A stretch of DNA of 63,513 nt, filler included, from Choristocarpus tenellus KU-1152 (taxonomy: Eukaryota > Protista > Phaeophyceae), in the NCBI GenBank assembly GCA_964200185.2. It is 11 parts of 11 records of this genome, joined end to end, with 100 filler letters (N's around TTAATTAATTAA, not from the genome) between each part and the next. Parts side by side here need not be neighbours in the genome. Positions count along the whole stretch, not along the records: positions 11,368 to 14,646 come from CAXNAD020021075.1; positions 14,747 to 23,190 come from CAXNAD020004702.1; positions 23,291 to 35,585 come from CAXNAD020001886.1; 8 more parts are not named here. One strand, 5' to 3'. Positions within the stretch are counted from its first letter, which is position 1; the number at the start of each line of letters is the position of its first letter. Shown here piece by piece: positions 12,836 to 24,989 of the stretch. The notes below the pieces were generated by a model. It was not told the DNA's origin. It saw nothing but the letters and a program-made list of their open reading frames with translations, and ran no database searches. The position numbers and the translations under genes were made by a program.

Positions 12836-13189
12836 GCTTTACTATGTGCATCACACCGAACAACACCACAATCACTATCTGCTTGAACAGTATTTTCTTG
12901 GAGGGCTCACTCTCTAGCATCCTTTGCTCGTTCTTTCTTCTACCACCCTTATATTTTTTGGAGGTTGTGTCATTTTTCTCTCTTCTTCCTTTTCATTTAT
13001 TTTCTCATTTTCTTCCTCTTTTTCTTCCACTGCTTTTAAGAATTATTATTATACCCTCTCACATTTTACAGATATCTCGGCGGAAAAACCAATGAAGACT
13101 ATTTACTGGTCAGAAAAATCCCTAAAAAAGGAAACGTTGTCATAAAATGTTAACAACAATTATCTATTTACTATTTTACCTGTAGCTAT

Positions 13190-14615
13190 GCTGGACCACT
13201 ACCTTCCTGTGCCTCCAATCTAGCTCAGTCCTGTACCCCAGGGTGAGGAGCTCGGGAAGTCATCCCAAGAATCTAACAAGCCCCTTCTTACCCATCTCCC
13301 TGGCATCTCCAGCTTACAACCCAAGACACGTCGAGATAGTGCTACTTGCGTTGTGGCTACGACTATCTGGTATAGACGGGATTTGACCCCCCTTTTCCCG
13401 TTGTGGCCTCTTTTCCCTATCCCCCCTACCTCGTGCGTAGCTAGCTCATCCAGAAACCCTTCCACTTGCTTACCGAGGCGCCCAAGACGTTCCACTGTGA
13501 AGGTGTTGATCTTTTAACTTCGAGGGTCAAAAGATCCTTTGTTGTGGGTGCACTTTCACACCTCAGCTACAGCAGCAGCTACACCATTGCTAGTGGATGA
13601 GTGTGGGAGGTGGGAGGCCGCCTACACTTCAGCAAACGAAACTCGAGGAGGAGACCTTTGTCTCGGTAGGCAGCTGATCTGGCATCCGCAAGTGCCTCTG
13701 CATGGAAGACCAGATCCATGTGGAAGTTCCAATCTATTGTGAATGGGCTGCCATCCTCCATAGTGCAGGGGATGCCCACTCCTTTGCCAAGATGACCCAA
13801 ATGTTTCACCATTGGTGTGTTTCGGCGAATTTGTCCTCCAGCCCTAGGGCAGGTTCGAGCATGTTTGATGTCTACGTCTTGCCTCCTGCAACCACTCACT
13901 GGGCACCTGTTTGACAGGGCCTCCTCTCTCCCTAGGAATCTGCTGGCGGTGAGTCTAAATTCAATAGGGGGGATCTGGCATGCCGGCTCCAGGAGTTGTG
14001 TTGAGGCCCATGCATTTGCCCCTTGTCCACATTGGCTCCTGTGGCGTGCCAGGGCCAGTAAGGAACTCTCCTTCCCTTGATCCACTACATCAGGTAAGGC
14101 GGTCATTTGGGTCTGGAAAGAGTCAAAGCGGATCTTGTTCAGGAGCTGGGTGATCTCATGTTGTGCCCTCCTTGTAATCCTGGTATCATGGGCTGCTAGA
14201 GTGTGAACCTCCCGGACCAGTGTGGGGGATGTTGTTCCCCCCCAGGTTACCCAGCCTTGGCCAATAATTTCCGCTTGGTCTTCTGAAGAGACTCCTGTAA
14301 AGAGGAGGGTGTGGATTGGATGACCCTAGGGTCCTTACTGTGGGGCTCGTGCAGATGGCTTGTGAGAAAGACTCGCCGTGAGACCCTTGTTCCCTTGCGA
14401 AGAGGGTGGGAGGAGTAGCCACTAGTGATCCTACGAAGGCTGCAAGTTGGCAGTGCTTCATAGAGGAGAGGCCCAATCCCCCCGCACTTGTGGGCATCTG
14501 TGCCTGTACTTGTTAGTAGATCTCTAGGAAGGGATAACCATTGTCACAACGCCCTTCAAATAAGTCCGATCGCCCCTGCCGAGTCTGCTACCTCCATTAT
14601 CTTCTTAAGAGTCCA
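13190..14615 (-). mobile_element. CRE/R2-type non-LTR retrotransposon remnant with restriction-like endonuclease
   Basis: In order across frameshifts: MPTSAGGLGL (RT thumb), GANAW...EFR, a CCHC knuckle (CPVSGC...HARTC), MDLVF...GLLLE and ERLGRLG. Confidence 0.8.
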
Positions 14616-15514
14616 GACCCAAATTATCTAGGAGGGGGGGGGGGGGNNNNNNNNNNNNNNNNNNNNNNNNNNNNNNNNNNNNNNNNNNNNTTAATTAATT
14701 AANNNNNNNNNNNNNNNNNNNNNNNNNNNNNNNNNNNNNNNNNNNNCTTCTCGTTTTTTTTTTCCTTCCTCCCCTTTCTCTTCTTTTTTTTCGTCTTTTT
14801 GAGCCGTGGGTGGGGGGGGGGGGGGGGGGGGGGGTCTGCACCAGAGTGTGCATTTGGACCATAACCAGGAAAAGCGCACTTACATTATGCATCCGACATA
14901 TGCAACCAAAATAACCCAAAACTCGTGACATGGAAAAAATTGACCCCAAAGGGACAGCAGCCACCCCTCCCCAGAGACTTTGAACCTTTACCTGCTTTGT
15001 GTGGCAACACCATCGCTTTGTGTGAGGAGTACATCATTATTCGCAACAGAGCCAAGATAGGACGCCCTACAATAGAGTAGTTGGGACCTCTGTGACTGTC
15101 TTTTGGTACATGTGCCTACATTGTAGCACTCTTCAGGGAGATTTTGCTCTCAAGTACACGAGCGACTGCCTTCTATTTATACATTCAAAGCCTACTTTAC
15201 GGGGGCTTAGCTCCTTTTCAGACTCTTACTTAGGAATTGGTTGTCAGCCAAAAAGGTTCAACAAGCTCAAAAGAGGCAAGAGAGTCGAACTGGAGCCCAC
15301 TCAAAGATAGGAAGGCTCTTGTATAAGCAAGTACAGAGTATCAAATACATGTTTACATAAAGAAAGAAGGTAATTGGTGTGATTGATGCCCCCACAGGAT
15401 GGCAGAAACACCCAGCAGTAGTATAGGAGGGAGAATCAACAAACAACACGATGGCGGCTACATCTCCCGTTGACAAGGGTACCTTGTCTCCGCTCCAAGG
15501 TGGCATGTCCCACT

Positions 15515-15772
15515 GAGTCAAAGTATCTTAGAGGGTAGAGCTGCGTCCGTTTGGGGACCAAAATCCAATGTTGCGATTTTGATGTAATTTTGGCTATTGT
15601 GTTTGTTAGGGAAGTGTCAATATCCTTGTTCCGAGCACACATTTTCGCAAAGTATACATTTTACCTACCAATTAACATTTTGGATTAGGAAAATGCCACA
15701 AAGAAGAAAGGAAAGCCAAGCCCCAAATGGACAAACAGGGTAAAATTCGTACCCTCTAAGACACTTGCACTC
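15515..15772 (-). mobile_element. MITE family A, full length (258 bp), 3-bp TSD ACT
   Basis: act|GAGTCAAAGTATCTTAGAGGGTA...TACCCTCTAAGACACTTGCACTC|act. Confidence 0.9.
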
Positions 15773-16177
15773 ACTTCTCTTCCGAAGATCAATCCAGCAC
15801 GGAGAGCATCTCAAGCTTGGTGAACATGTGACTGTGAAACTGTAATAGGCAGTGGCTATCAGAGGTGGAATGGATAGGCTGGGAAAAGTATCACGTGGCG
15901 TTTTCCGGATTGCCTTCTCCTCCTTCTACACCCTCTTCAAATTCGTTTGGGCTCACACACGTTCATGAGGAAACCTGCCGCCCCTTCATCACCCAATCCT
16001 ATCCAAAGGAAATCCTTAATTTGATAGCGTCCAAAATGCTGCGTCAGTTTCTCCATACAAACAGAGCATGAAATCATTGGGACCCGTGGAACTACACAAA
16101 AGACTGGGAACAGGGGGGGGGCCTTTGTGTCCCATGGTCTCAAACCATGGCACAGATCTGCACAGTCACACAAAGGG

Positions 16178-16438
16178 GAGTGCAAGTGTCTTAGAGGTTA
16201 CGAAGTTTGCCCTGTTTGTCCATTTGGGGCTTGGCTTCCCCCCCCCCTTTTTTATGGCATTTTCCTAATCCAAAATGTTTAGGGTTAGGGAAAAATGTAT
16301 ACGTTGTGAAAAGGTGTGTCCGGGACAAGGATATTGACACTTCCAAACAAACACAATAGTCAAAATTACATCAAAATCGCAACATCGGATTTTGGCCCCC
16401 AAACGGACGCGACTCTACCCTCTAAGATACATTGACTC
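16178..16438 (+). mobile_element. MITE family A, full length, 4-bp TSD AGGG
   Basis: aggg|GAGTGCAAGTGTCTTAGAGG...CCTCTAAGATACATTGACTC|aggg. Confidence 0.9.
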
Positions 16439-16451
16439 AGGGGTCCTAGGT

Positions 16452-16711
16452 GAGCGAAAGTATCTTAGAGGGTACGAGTTTTTCCTTTGTCCGTTACGGG
16501 CTTGGTTTGCCAAGGTTTTTTTCTTATGACATTTGGCCTACTCCAAAATGTTTTGGAGTAGATAAAATGTATACGTTATGAAAAGGTGTGTCCTGAACAA
16601 GGATATTGACACTTCCAAAAAAAAAACTATAGTCAAAACTACATCAAAATTGCAACATTGGAATTTGGCCCCCAAACGGACGCGGTTCTACCCTCTAAGA
16701 TACTTTGACTC
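16452..16711 (+). mobile_element. MITE family A, full length, 13 bp after the previous copy
   Basis: Both TIRs are present. Flanks are aggt and aggg. Confidence 0.9.
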
Positions 16712-16886
16712 AGGGGTCATAGTTCTAGGAGCACACACACATCCAAGCGTCCTCGCCCACTTGATGCTTGATGCATTGGTTGTGTGGAACTTTCTTATCC
16801 ACCGTAAGACAAGAATACAAACAGGATTTGCACTGGTGTTTACATCTAACTCTACTAACCCGCCTTGCCAAGTCAAGACCAGAGAA

Positions 16887-17067
16887 GGGTCAAAGTATCT
16901 CGGGGGGGGGGGTGTCGGTGTCCGTTTTTCACCCTTTTTTCGATTTTCATTTTTTGGTGTAATGTGGTCGCACATGTTGGATTTGAAATGTCAGGAAAAT
17001 AAAGAGTTGTTTGACCGAAACGGACGCCCCCTCCCAACCCCCCCCCCCCCCCCAGATACTTTGATCC
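16887..17067 (+). mobile_element. MITE family B (about 180 bp, G/C-tract TIRs), 4-bp TSD AGAA
   Basis: agaa|GGGTCAAAGTATCTC(G)n...(C)nAGATACTTTGATCC|agaa. Confidence 0.88.
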
Positions 17068-17442
17068 AGAAGAGAGGTGAAATGTAGGGGGCACAACTCC
17101 GAGGTACCACAGTCACCATTAGCAGTAGTCTCCAATTTTGACCTCAACAAGCCATCTGTAGCAACTAATCTTCGTCAAGATTGGCGCCAGGTGGAGAGGG
17201 TAGGGAGTTTGCAGGTTGCAATCATTCTATTGGTTAAAAGTGATGTTTAGGCTATTCTACTGCTCCGGTTGCTCCTTTTCATATGCATTTTCCTTACCCC
17301 CAAGCCATACCCCTAACCCTAAAGTTATTCATCTCTCAGCATGACTACACACTCAGCCATGCAATCTGCGATAGGTGGAGACCCCCACCACTCGCTGAAT
17401 TTGACAATTAGACGGCTTCTTCTACCCTCCACCTCTCTTGCA

Positions 17443-17630
17443 GGGAGTGGGCAGCAAATCACTCATAGGGGGGCCTTGTCGTGTGTTCAATCCAGGCACC
17501 CTGAACTATCGCAGACGGTTGAAGGAGATCGGGCGAATAGAGAGGGAGAACCTCTTCCTCATGCATAAAATCGAGGGGGCAACCTCAAAGTACAATCGAG
17601 CAGACATGAAGCCCCTGCACTTCCAGGCGC
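17443..17630 (+). CDS. Candidate exon with CFAP97/hemingway-like motif (gene model incomplete or pseudogene)
   Basis: A ttgcag| acceptor precedes GTLNYRRRLKEIGRIERENLFLMHKIEGATSKYNR, which fits the LN..R..E..RI..EN..L pattern of CFAP97-domain proteins. The 3' boundary is uncertain. Confidence 0.45.
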
Positions 17631-17927
17631 CTCACTTGGGCATCTATCCGAGGTGGGGCTGCAGATTGCTGAGTGCTGAGGACTGCTACTACTGCTTTAG
17701 GGTTTGAAGTAGGTTGTTGCAGGAGGTGAAACCGTTATTTTTTTCGTGCTTTCTCACAACTTTGCTACCTTCAGCGTAAATTCCCGCCGTGGGCACAAAC
17801 AAGTACTAAAATATAGTGCGATGCTGCTTCCAAGATTTAGAAGGCAGGGGAAGTTGAGGTTGAAGACTACGAGCACCACCCTTCCCGGTTTAAAAAGTTG
17901 TTAGGGGTATTCCATTGATGGAAATGT

Positions 17928-18105
17928 GGTTCAAAGTATCTGGGGGAGGGGAGGTGTCGGCGTCCGTTTTTCACNNNNNNNNNNACTTTTTTGGTGTGCT
18001 TTTGTCGCACCTGTCGGAGTTGAAATGTCAGCAAAATAAAGAGTTGTTTGATCGAAACGGACGCCCACTCACAAACCACTCCCCCCCCCCCAGATACTTT
18101 GACCC
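17928..18105 (+). mobile_element. MITE family B, 3-bp TSD TGT
   Basis: tgt|GGTTCAAAGTATCTGGGGG...CCCAGATACTTTGACCC|tgt, with a small internal N gap. Confidence 0.85.
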
Positions 18106-18276
18106 TGTGCTCTTTCGGACCGTGCGCTCTAATACCCCCAATCTCTGTCACTATTTGTAAACCTTCGTGTTTGACTCGCCATTGGCTGAGGTAAAAAAAA
18201 CCCCAAACACTTACTACATGACCCCAAATAGTGTCTTTCTCGCCATGTGTGTATGCCATCACACTCCACCCACAGG

Positions 18277-18690
18277 TCACCCAACACGACCAAGTCCATG
18301 TCCACCAAAGGCAAGGGACCCGGGCTGCGAGGTCAACCCCCAAGGCAAAGCAGTGAAGATAGTCATAGAGGCGGCGATTTTGGCGGTGGTGATGGTGGTG
18401 TCGGTTCAGCAAAGAACGGGGGCAGGGGGATACCTACGGATGAGTGCATCTCTTCACCCTCCATAAGTTCACCCGCTGTTGTCACCATGCCGACCAACCA
18501 GGAGTCCGCTGTGTTGGTTGGGTCTTCTAGTCGAGAGGGCCAGGAGAGATGTGAATCCGGGGGATCATATTATCTCGGAAGTGGAACGGCAGAGGAGCAA
18601 TTCCAGTCAATGGAGGCAACTCTACCGAGACCACCGCAGTGTAGCACTGCTACCAAGGCCACCCATGGAAGGCAAGGGAGGGGGAAACAA
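18277..18690 (+). CDS. Candidate low-complexity (Gly/Ser-rich) exon of unknown protein
   Basis: A cccacag| acceptor is followed by a purine-rich open frame of about 140 codons with no recognisable domain. It may belong with the 17443 exon. Confidence 0.3.
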
Positions 18691-19391
18691 GTGTACAAGA
18701 ATGAAAGGGGGAATGCCCCCTACCCTGCACACATATTCCTGCCCCCTTTATTCCGTTGCCGGCATGCACCCCTGAGTGTGACTGTGTGTGTGGATGATGA
18801 AGGATGTGTGAGTATCCCTGCCCCGTTATTTTATCACTTATTTTTTGGACAAGAAGTATCATACTAAAAAAAGAAGAAAAAGAAGAGAAAGGCTTTCGAA
18901 CTACGAAACAACTGCTCTCAGGCTATATATAGGCTGCTCCTGAGACGAAGGGAATCAAAGAAGGCGTTTTGTAATGCAATTTCGCCTCAAGCTATGCACT
19001 ACCACCGTGTCCTCAACTATGTCCTCAAAGTATACCCTATGAGGACCCCAATCGTTTTGCTGTACTCCTGTCTCCCTCCTCGCCCTTGCCTGGCACCTCC
19101 CTCAATCAACCAGGATCCCCTGACTACACCGCTGTTAAAATCCACCCTCCACTCCCGCCCTCCCCCAACACCCCTCCTTCCAAACACATCACCTGTGGGG
19201 TCTACCTCGGAAAGTTCCCTAACTCCCTCTACTCGGAGGCGGCGGCGAAAAGTACTCCAGACGTCAATCTGCCCAGGGGAAGTCGCATTTAATTCAGGGG
19301 TACAAATCAGCGGTGATTTCATGACCCTTATTGCCAGGTCAGCGTGACAAGCTTGAGGGGCAGTATAGACAGCCCAAAAAAGCAATCAATG

Positions 19392-19412
19392 TCTCTCTCT
19401 CTCTCTCTGTGT

Positions 19413-19451
<39 letters not shown>
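19392..19451. repeat. Compound microsatellite (TC)n(TG)n
   Basis: Directly visible. Confidence 0.95.
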
Positions 19452-19452
<1 letters not shown>

Positions 19453-19886
19453 CATCAGTAGGAGTTTGATACAGCACCCAGGTCTGTGAGAGGTTGACAT
19501 GTGAGGGAGGTTGGTAATCAGATAGGAGTCGCCCTGACAGTTCACTAGATGCTTGGGAATGCTGCACAAATCATCAGTCATGCCACACTGAACGTGTCCG
19601 GGGATATGTTGCCACCTGATTGGCTTGGTGCCAGGCACAAGATCTTTTCTATCGGTTGGAGCGTTGCCTTTGTATTGACAGATTTAATTCCAATATCGGT
19701 TTGCTAAATCAGAGAGGAGAGACATGTGCACTAAATCGAGATTGTGTGTACAAGGAGCATATGTGGCAAGAAATGTGCACACTTTGGTGGGAAAAAAAAG
19801 AGAAGCCTGCGCGCGCACACATGTTGGGGCCAAAAAACGTTCAAGAGGGTAGGGTCACGTCCGTTCAGGGTCGTAAATCCAATGTT

Positions 19887-20608
19887 GAGTGGATGTATCT
19901 TAGAGGGTACGAGGTTTGCCCGTTTTGTCCATTGAGTGAAATTATCTCCGAGGGTACGAGTTTTGCCTTGTTTGTCCATTTGGGACTTGGCTTCCCAAGG
20001 GCTCTTTCATGACATTTTCCTACTCCGAAATGCTTTGGAGTAAGTGTATATGTTATGAAAAGGTATGTCCAGAACATGGATATTGACACTTCCAAACAAA
20101 CTAGGCAGTCAAAATTACATCAAAATCGCAACATTAGATTTTAGCCCCCAAATGGACGCGGCTCTACCCTCTAAGATAATTTGCCTCCATTTGGGGCTTG
20201 GTTTCCCATGTTTTTCTTTTATGACATGTTACCTACTCCAAAATGTTTCAGAGTAGGTAAGATGTATACGTTATGAAAAGGTGTGTCCGGAACAAGGATA
20301 TTGACACTTCCTAACAAACACGACAGTCAAAATTACATCAAAATCGCAACAATTGGCCCCGAAACGGACGCGGCTCTATCCTCTAAGATGCCATTGACTG
20401 CGTTGTGATCTTAATGGATTTCGACTATCATGTTTGTTATCAAGCGCCAATATCCTTGTTCTGGACACACGTTTCATATTATTGTAATACACTTTAGGTA
20501 AAACTGTATCACACAGAAAACCGAAGGAGGGCATAAAAAAAAAAGGGGAAGTCAAGCCCCAAACTGATAAACGGGGCAAAACTCCTACCCTCTTGAATGT
20601 TTTGGCTC
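19887..20608. mobile_element. Compound cluster of MITE-A pieces (partial tandem units plus a diverged inverted copy)
   Basis: Left TIR at 19887 and again at 19934, right-TIR sequence at about 20165 and 20380, and an inverted diverged copy at 20401-20608. Confidence 0.8.
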
Positions 20609-21143
20609 ACAATGCCCTCTACATGACCACTATAACTCAAGGTGTCCGCCCATGTTGGAAATCAGCCCTACCCCACCAGGGGTGATTTTGTTGAGTTCCG
20701 AGTGAGTCAGAGTAAACGAGAGATACCCAGGTTTTGGTCGTTTTGCAGTTTAAGCTGGTTCTTGAAACATTTTGCAATTCACCTGTATGCTTCTCTACAG
20801 ATGAAGTTCTAAGTTTTGACTTCAGAATAATTATTTCTCTAGTGATTGAAAATCTTCGACAGAATTCAGGAAATATCCCATACACATTTTCTAACCCTAA
20901 CCCTAATTTTTGCACGTATTTGCCAGGGAACTCTAACCCTTGAAATGCAACTACCATTTTACTTTTGACTCAGTAGGAGGTAAGGGGCCAAAGCAAGCGA
21001 TAGGCACTCAGGGTTGCATGCGGAAATTTCTGCAAGGATGTCGTCAACAACTGTGCAGAAATTTCATCATTTTGCACAAATGAGTGCTAGGGAATTTTCT
21101 AAAATCCTGTCGAAAATTTCCAAACAATTGAGAAATCAATGCT

Positions 21144-21554
21144 GAGTGAAAGTATCTTAGAGGGTACGGGTTTTGCCCTGTTTGTCCATTTGGGGCTTGG
21201 CTTCTCATGCCTTTTTTATGACATTTTACATACTCCAAAATGTTTCTGAGTAGTTAAAAAAAATACCTATGAAAAGTTGTGTCCAGAAGACGGATATTGA
21301 CACTTCCTAACAAACACGATGACCAACATTGCATCAAAATCGTAACATTGGATTTTGACCCCCAAATGGACGCGGCTTTACCCTCTAAGATACTTTGGCT
21401 CGTAGGTCAAATGTATACGTTATGAAAAGGTGTGTCCGGAACAAGGATATTGACACTTCCTAACAAACACGATAGCCAAAATTATAATCAAATCGCAACA
21501 TTGCCTTTTGACCCCCAAATGGATGCAGCCCTACTTTCGAAGATACTTTGGCTC
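21144..21554 (+). mobile_element. MITE family A (21144-21401) with tandem duplication of its 3' half (21402-21554)
   Basis: Two right TIRs. Outer flanks are tgct and ttct. Confidence 0.85.
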
Positions 21555-21559
21555 TTCTG

Positions 21560-23138
21560 GAGGTTGCACACGTCTTGTCATTGGGCACGTAGGGGTTGTG
21601 ATAAATCACTCTAGTCCAGCTAGTAGTCGCTGCAGCACATGTAAAGTACAAATGGCGACCAGATGGCTTACCATTGTGCACTGAGATGGAGGTTCCTAAT
21701 GCTGGAGGTAGTGGTGAGGTGGGCAAGGGGTAAAATGTGGGGTGAGGAGTGGTGGGTGATGTGGAGAAGGGGGGCATCGGCAATGTGGGCAATGCAGCCA
21801 GAATCGACCATGAATGGGGTACGATCAGGGTGAGTATGTCTTGGATGGTGGGTGTGTGGTTGGTCGTGGTGGTAGGAAAGGTGGTTGTGGACGTGATATT
21901 GGAGAAGCAGGAGGAATAGTGGTCGTGAGCATGTGAATCCTAGCCGTCTGGTGGAACTGGGGTATTGATTGCTGTGGCGTCAGACTGAGTAGTAGTAGGT
22001 GACGGTGGTGTAGGTGGGTGGGAGGATGGACGGGTGGTGAAGGTGTTGATGTTATGCCCGGCATTCTGGATCAGTGTGTGACAAGTGTCATGTGGTAGGG
22101 ACACCAATTTTTGGTGGGTAGGGCAGATGCATGGGATGGGGGCGGTGGGGTGAGGGTAGTAGTGTGGTGGGGCATTGGCGCAAATGGTGACCAGGATGGG
22201 TGGGGGTAGTGACAGCAGGAGTGGGCTCGAGCAGTGGAATGAAATTTGGCTGTTTAGAGCGCCGTCAAGAAAGGATGAGCGTCTGTAGCCAGGAGTTGAT
22301 GGTGGTCATGCCAATTCCTTCGAAGTTCAGTCTTGGGCCAGTAGAGTCGGAGGAGCTACTGGTCAGTACCCTCGTCAGGTTCATTGATGACAGTGCCAAC
22401 CAACGGTGAATAGTGTGCATCACTTGTTCATTGCCCACCTCAATACATAGCAACCACAGCATGCCGAGCATAGGGGCCGTCGTTGATGTTGTCGTTGCAC
22501 TGCTGTTGTACAGGTAGAGAGTCTGAGGTCGGTCCTGGGCAGGCAGAAAGGAGTACACCGAACATCTGGTGGCAGTGTTCCTCGATGGTAGGTGAGACGG
22601 TGATTTCAATGTGCGTCGAAGGATGCTGAAATAGGGCTATCATGAGTGTGATAAGGGTGGGGGGGAAAGGTGGTAAGTGGTACAGGGCCCGACCTTACAT
22701 GACTAGGTGTGCGTAGGATTCAGGTGTTCAGGCTCATAATTTGTTGAAACTTGATTTCGTATGAGTTGTGCATTGTTGTGGAGTGTCTAGTTCATAATGA
22801 AGGGTATCATAGTGCAACAAAGCATTGATGAATTTGCTCTGGTAGGTCTGATGGCTTGTTTTACTCAAGCAGACTATGATTGATGTGAAAGTGTGTTTGG
22901 TTGTGCTGTTCTTAGCACGTTTAGGGACAGGTGCGTGTCATAGTGCAACAACATACTGCAGGTTCGGTCTGGTGCGTCTGAGGTCATGCTTTACTCAATC
23001 AGACTATGGTTGATGTGAAATGTGTACCGTTACATCTGGCACCATGTTTTACTCAAGCAGACTATGATTGATGTAAAAGGGTGTTTGGTTGTGCTGTGCT
23101 TAGCATGTTTAGAACAGGTGTCTGTCGAAGTGCAACAA
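21560..23138 (-). mobile_element. Ty1/Copia remnant (LTR with internal tandem repeats, PBS, gag, protease)
   Basis: LTR end ...TCAACA at 22742 is followed by a PBS-like ATTATGAGCC. Then come gag-like LLSAC.G...DGPYARHAVVAMY, a knuckle (WCPYH...H...C, about 22070-22100) and protease PFMVDSGCIAH (about 21785-21820). MITE-A copies sit at both ends. Confidence 0.7.
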
Positions 23139-23190
23139 GAGCCAAAGTATTTTAGAGGGTAGAGCCGCGTCCATTTGGGGATCAAAATAC
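23139..23190 (-). mobile_element. MITE family A, truncated at contig end
   Basis: GAGCCAAAGTATTTTAGAGGGTAGAGCCGCG. Confidence 0.8.
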
Positions 23191-24989
23191 NNNNNNNNNN
23201 NNNNNNNNNNNNNNNNNNNNNNNNNNNNNNNNNNTTAATTAATTAANNNNNNNNNNNNNNNNNNNNNNNNNNNNNNNNNNNNNNNNNNNNCCGCTGCTTA
23301 GCTAAAGAAATCATAATTTGATCCTACTTAAACATAGGGGGTAGTTGATGATGTGATATAACACTAAAATTTTCACAATACATTTACAGTGATTTACCAT
23401 GTACTGCCTGTCAAAACAGACTTAAGCACCTCTGTACTGTCTGTATTCCTGAGTTTAACAGTTTGCCCAAGCCTAAAATCATATTTTGGTGCTTGCTATA
23501 TGACAATGAAGTAGTGTTTCAAAAGCACTTTCTGAGACCCTTTTTTTTAATGTGGTTAATTCCTTTTTTTTCAAGCAATATATATTTTTTGGGGGGTTTG
23601 GTTTGGTTTGGTTTCTTTTGCAGAGGATAATAGGTATGTCGAGATAAAGTGGTATGGTTTTCCGGTTTTTGATTTTTATCATTTTTTTTTCTTCTTAGCT
23701 GTACAAGATTCAAAACCCAAATGTTTTTTGGGCAAAGGCTGTATCTTTGAAAAAGCGAAATAGTAGTTCTTGGAACCATTTCAGGTGATAGTAAGAATAT
23801 TATCTGCTCTACTTGATTTTTTTTCCTATTCCCCCCACTGAAACATATCAGCTGTATGTATTTGTACGCCTCACAGGTTTTTGGTCGTAAGCTTAGCTTT
23901 TGTAGTTTTGTCTGTGTATTTCCAATATCTATTGTACTATGTATAGCTCTGGAGTAATAACAACCCAGTGTGACCTGCTCATACCAGAAGGAAATGTCTT
24001 GGTATGGGTTTGTGGCTTAGTTGAGTGGGATGTGATGTTGTGAATCATAGTGATTGAGCTGGTTGGATTGAGCTATCCCTAACCCTAATCCTACCCCCAC
24101 CCCTCATTCTAATCCTCTCCCAACAACAGTTGGCATTTTACATGTTGAATACTTTGATTTTGGTGATTTTGATTTATGAAGTTCTCATGCTAATGCTCGC
24201 ATGGCACGCCTGGTGCTCTACTGCAACTCTCTGTTTCTTCTTGGTTTGTGCTGTGGTACAGTCATGTTTCATGTCATGTCTCATGTCATGTATCGATCGG
24301 TCCCTGTTGTGTGTATTGAATTTTGTATTGTATTCACAGAGACTTTTTATTCTGAACACATGGTCTACGACATGCTGGTGATAAGCATTATTACATAATA
24401 CATATTTTTTATATTACATGCCAAGCTTGAGAGATGAAGTGAGACACGGCACTTTGAAAAAGGCACATCAGGAGATTGATTCCCCAAGATGGGTCAAGTA
24501 TGCCTTTTTGGTAAGAATAAAGTCGCTTTGACAAGTATAAACGGCGTAAGAGATTATAATATTGTAAAGTTTCTTTATCACGAAAAAGTTAAAAAACTTC
24601 AATTTTTTGTAAATTTAAAAAATACAAAAAAATATCAAACAAATATGAGCAAAAAATATAAATATTTGATTAGTTGATTATTTATGTTTTTATATCTCTG
24701 TTTCCAGTGGTATTCTAAGGTTCGATCTTATAATATACTAAGATAGTTTGTGTTTATCTTTTTTACGAATTATTTCTGAGAATTACTAATATGCTATTTT
24801 ATTTAAATAGAAGAAGATGCAGGAGCCATGTGTTTGCATCAATGAGGTTGAGGCCATAATGCCTCACAATGAGGCGATTAGATAATTTTCAAACCACTAT
24901 TTTTTTGTTTTTTATGCACCAATAGAATGAGAGGATGTGACAACACTGAGCCAATGAGATGCTTTCATTTGCCCATTGCGATACATCAG

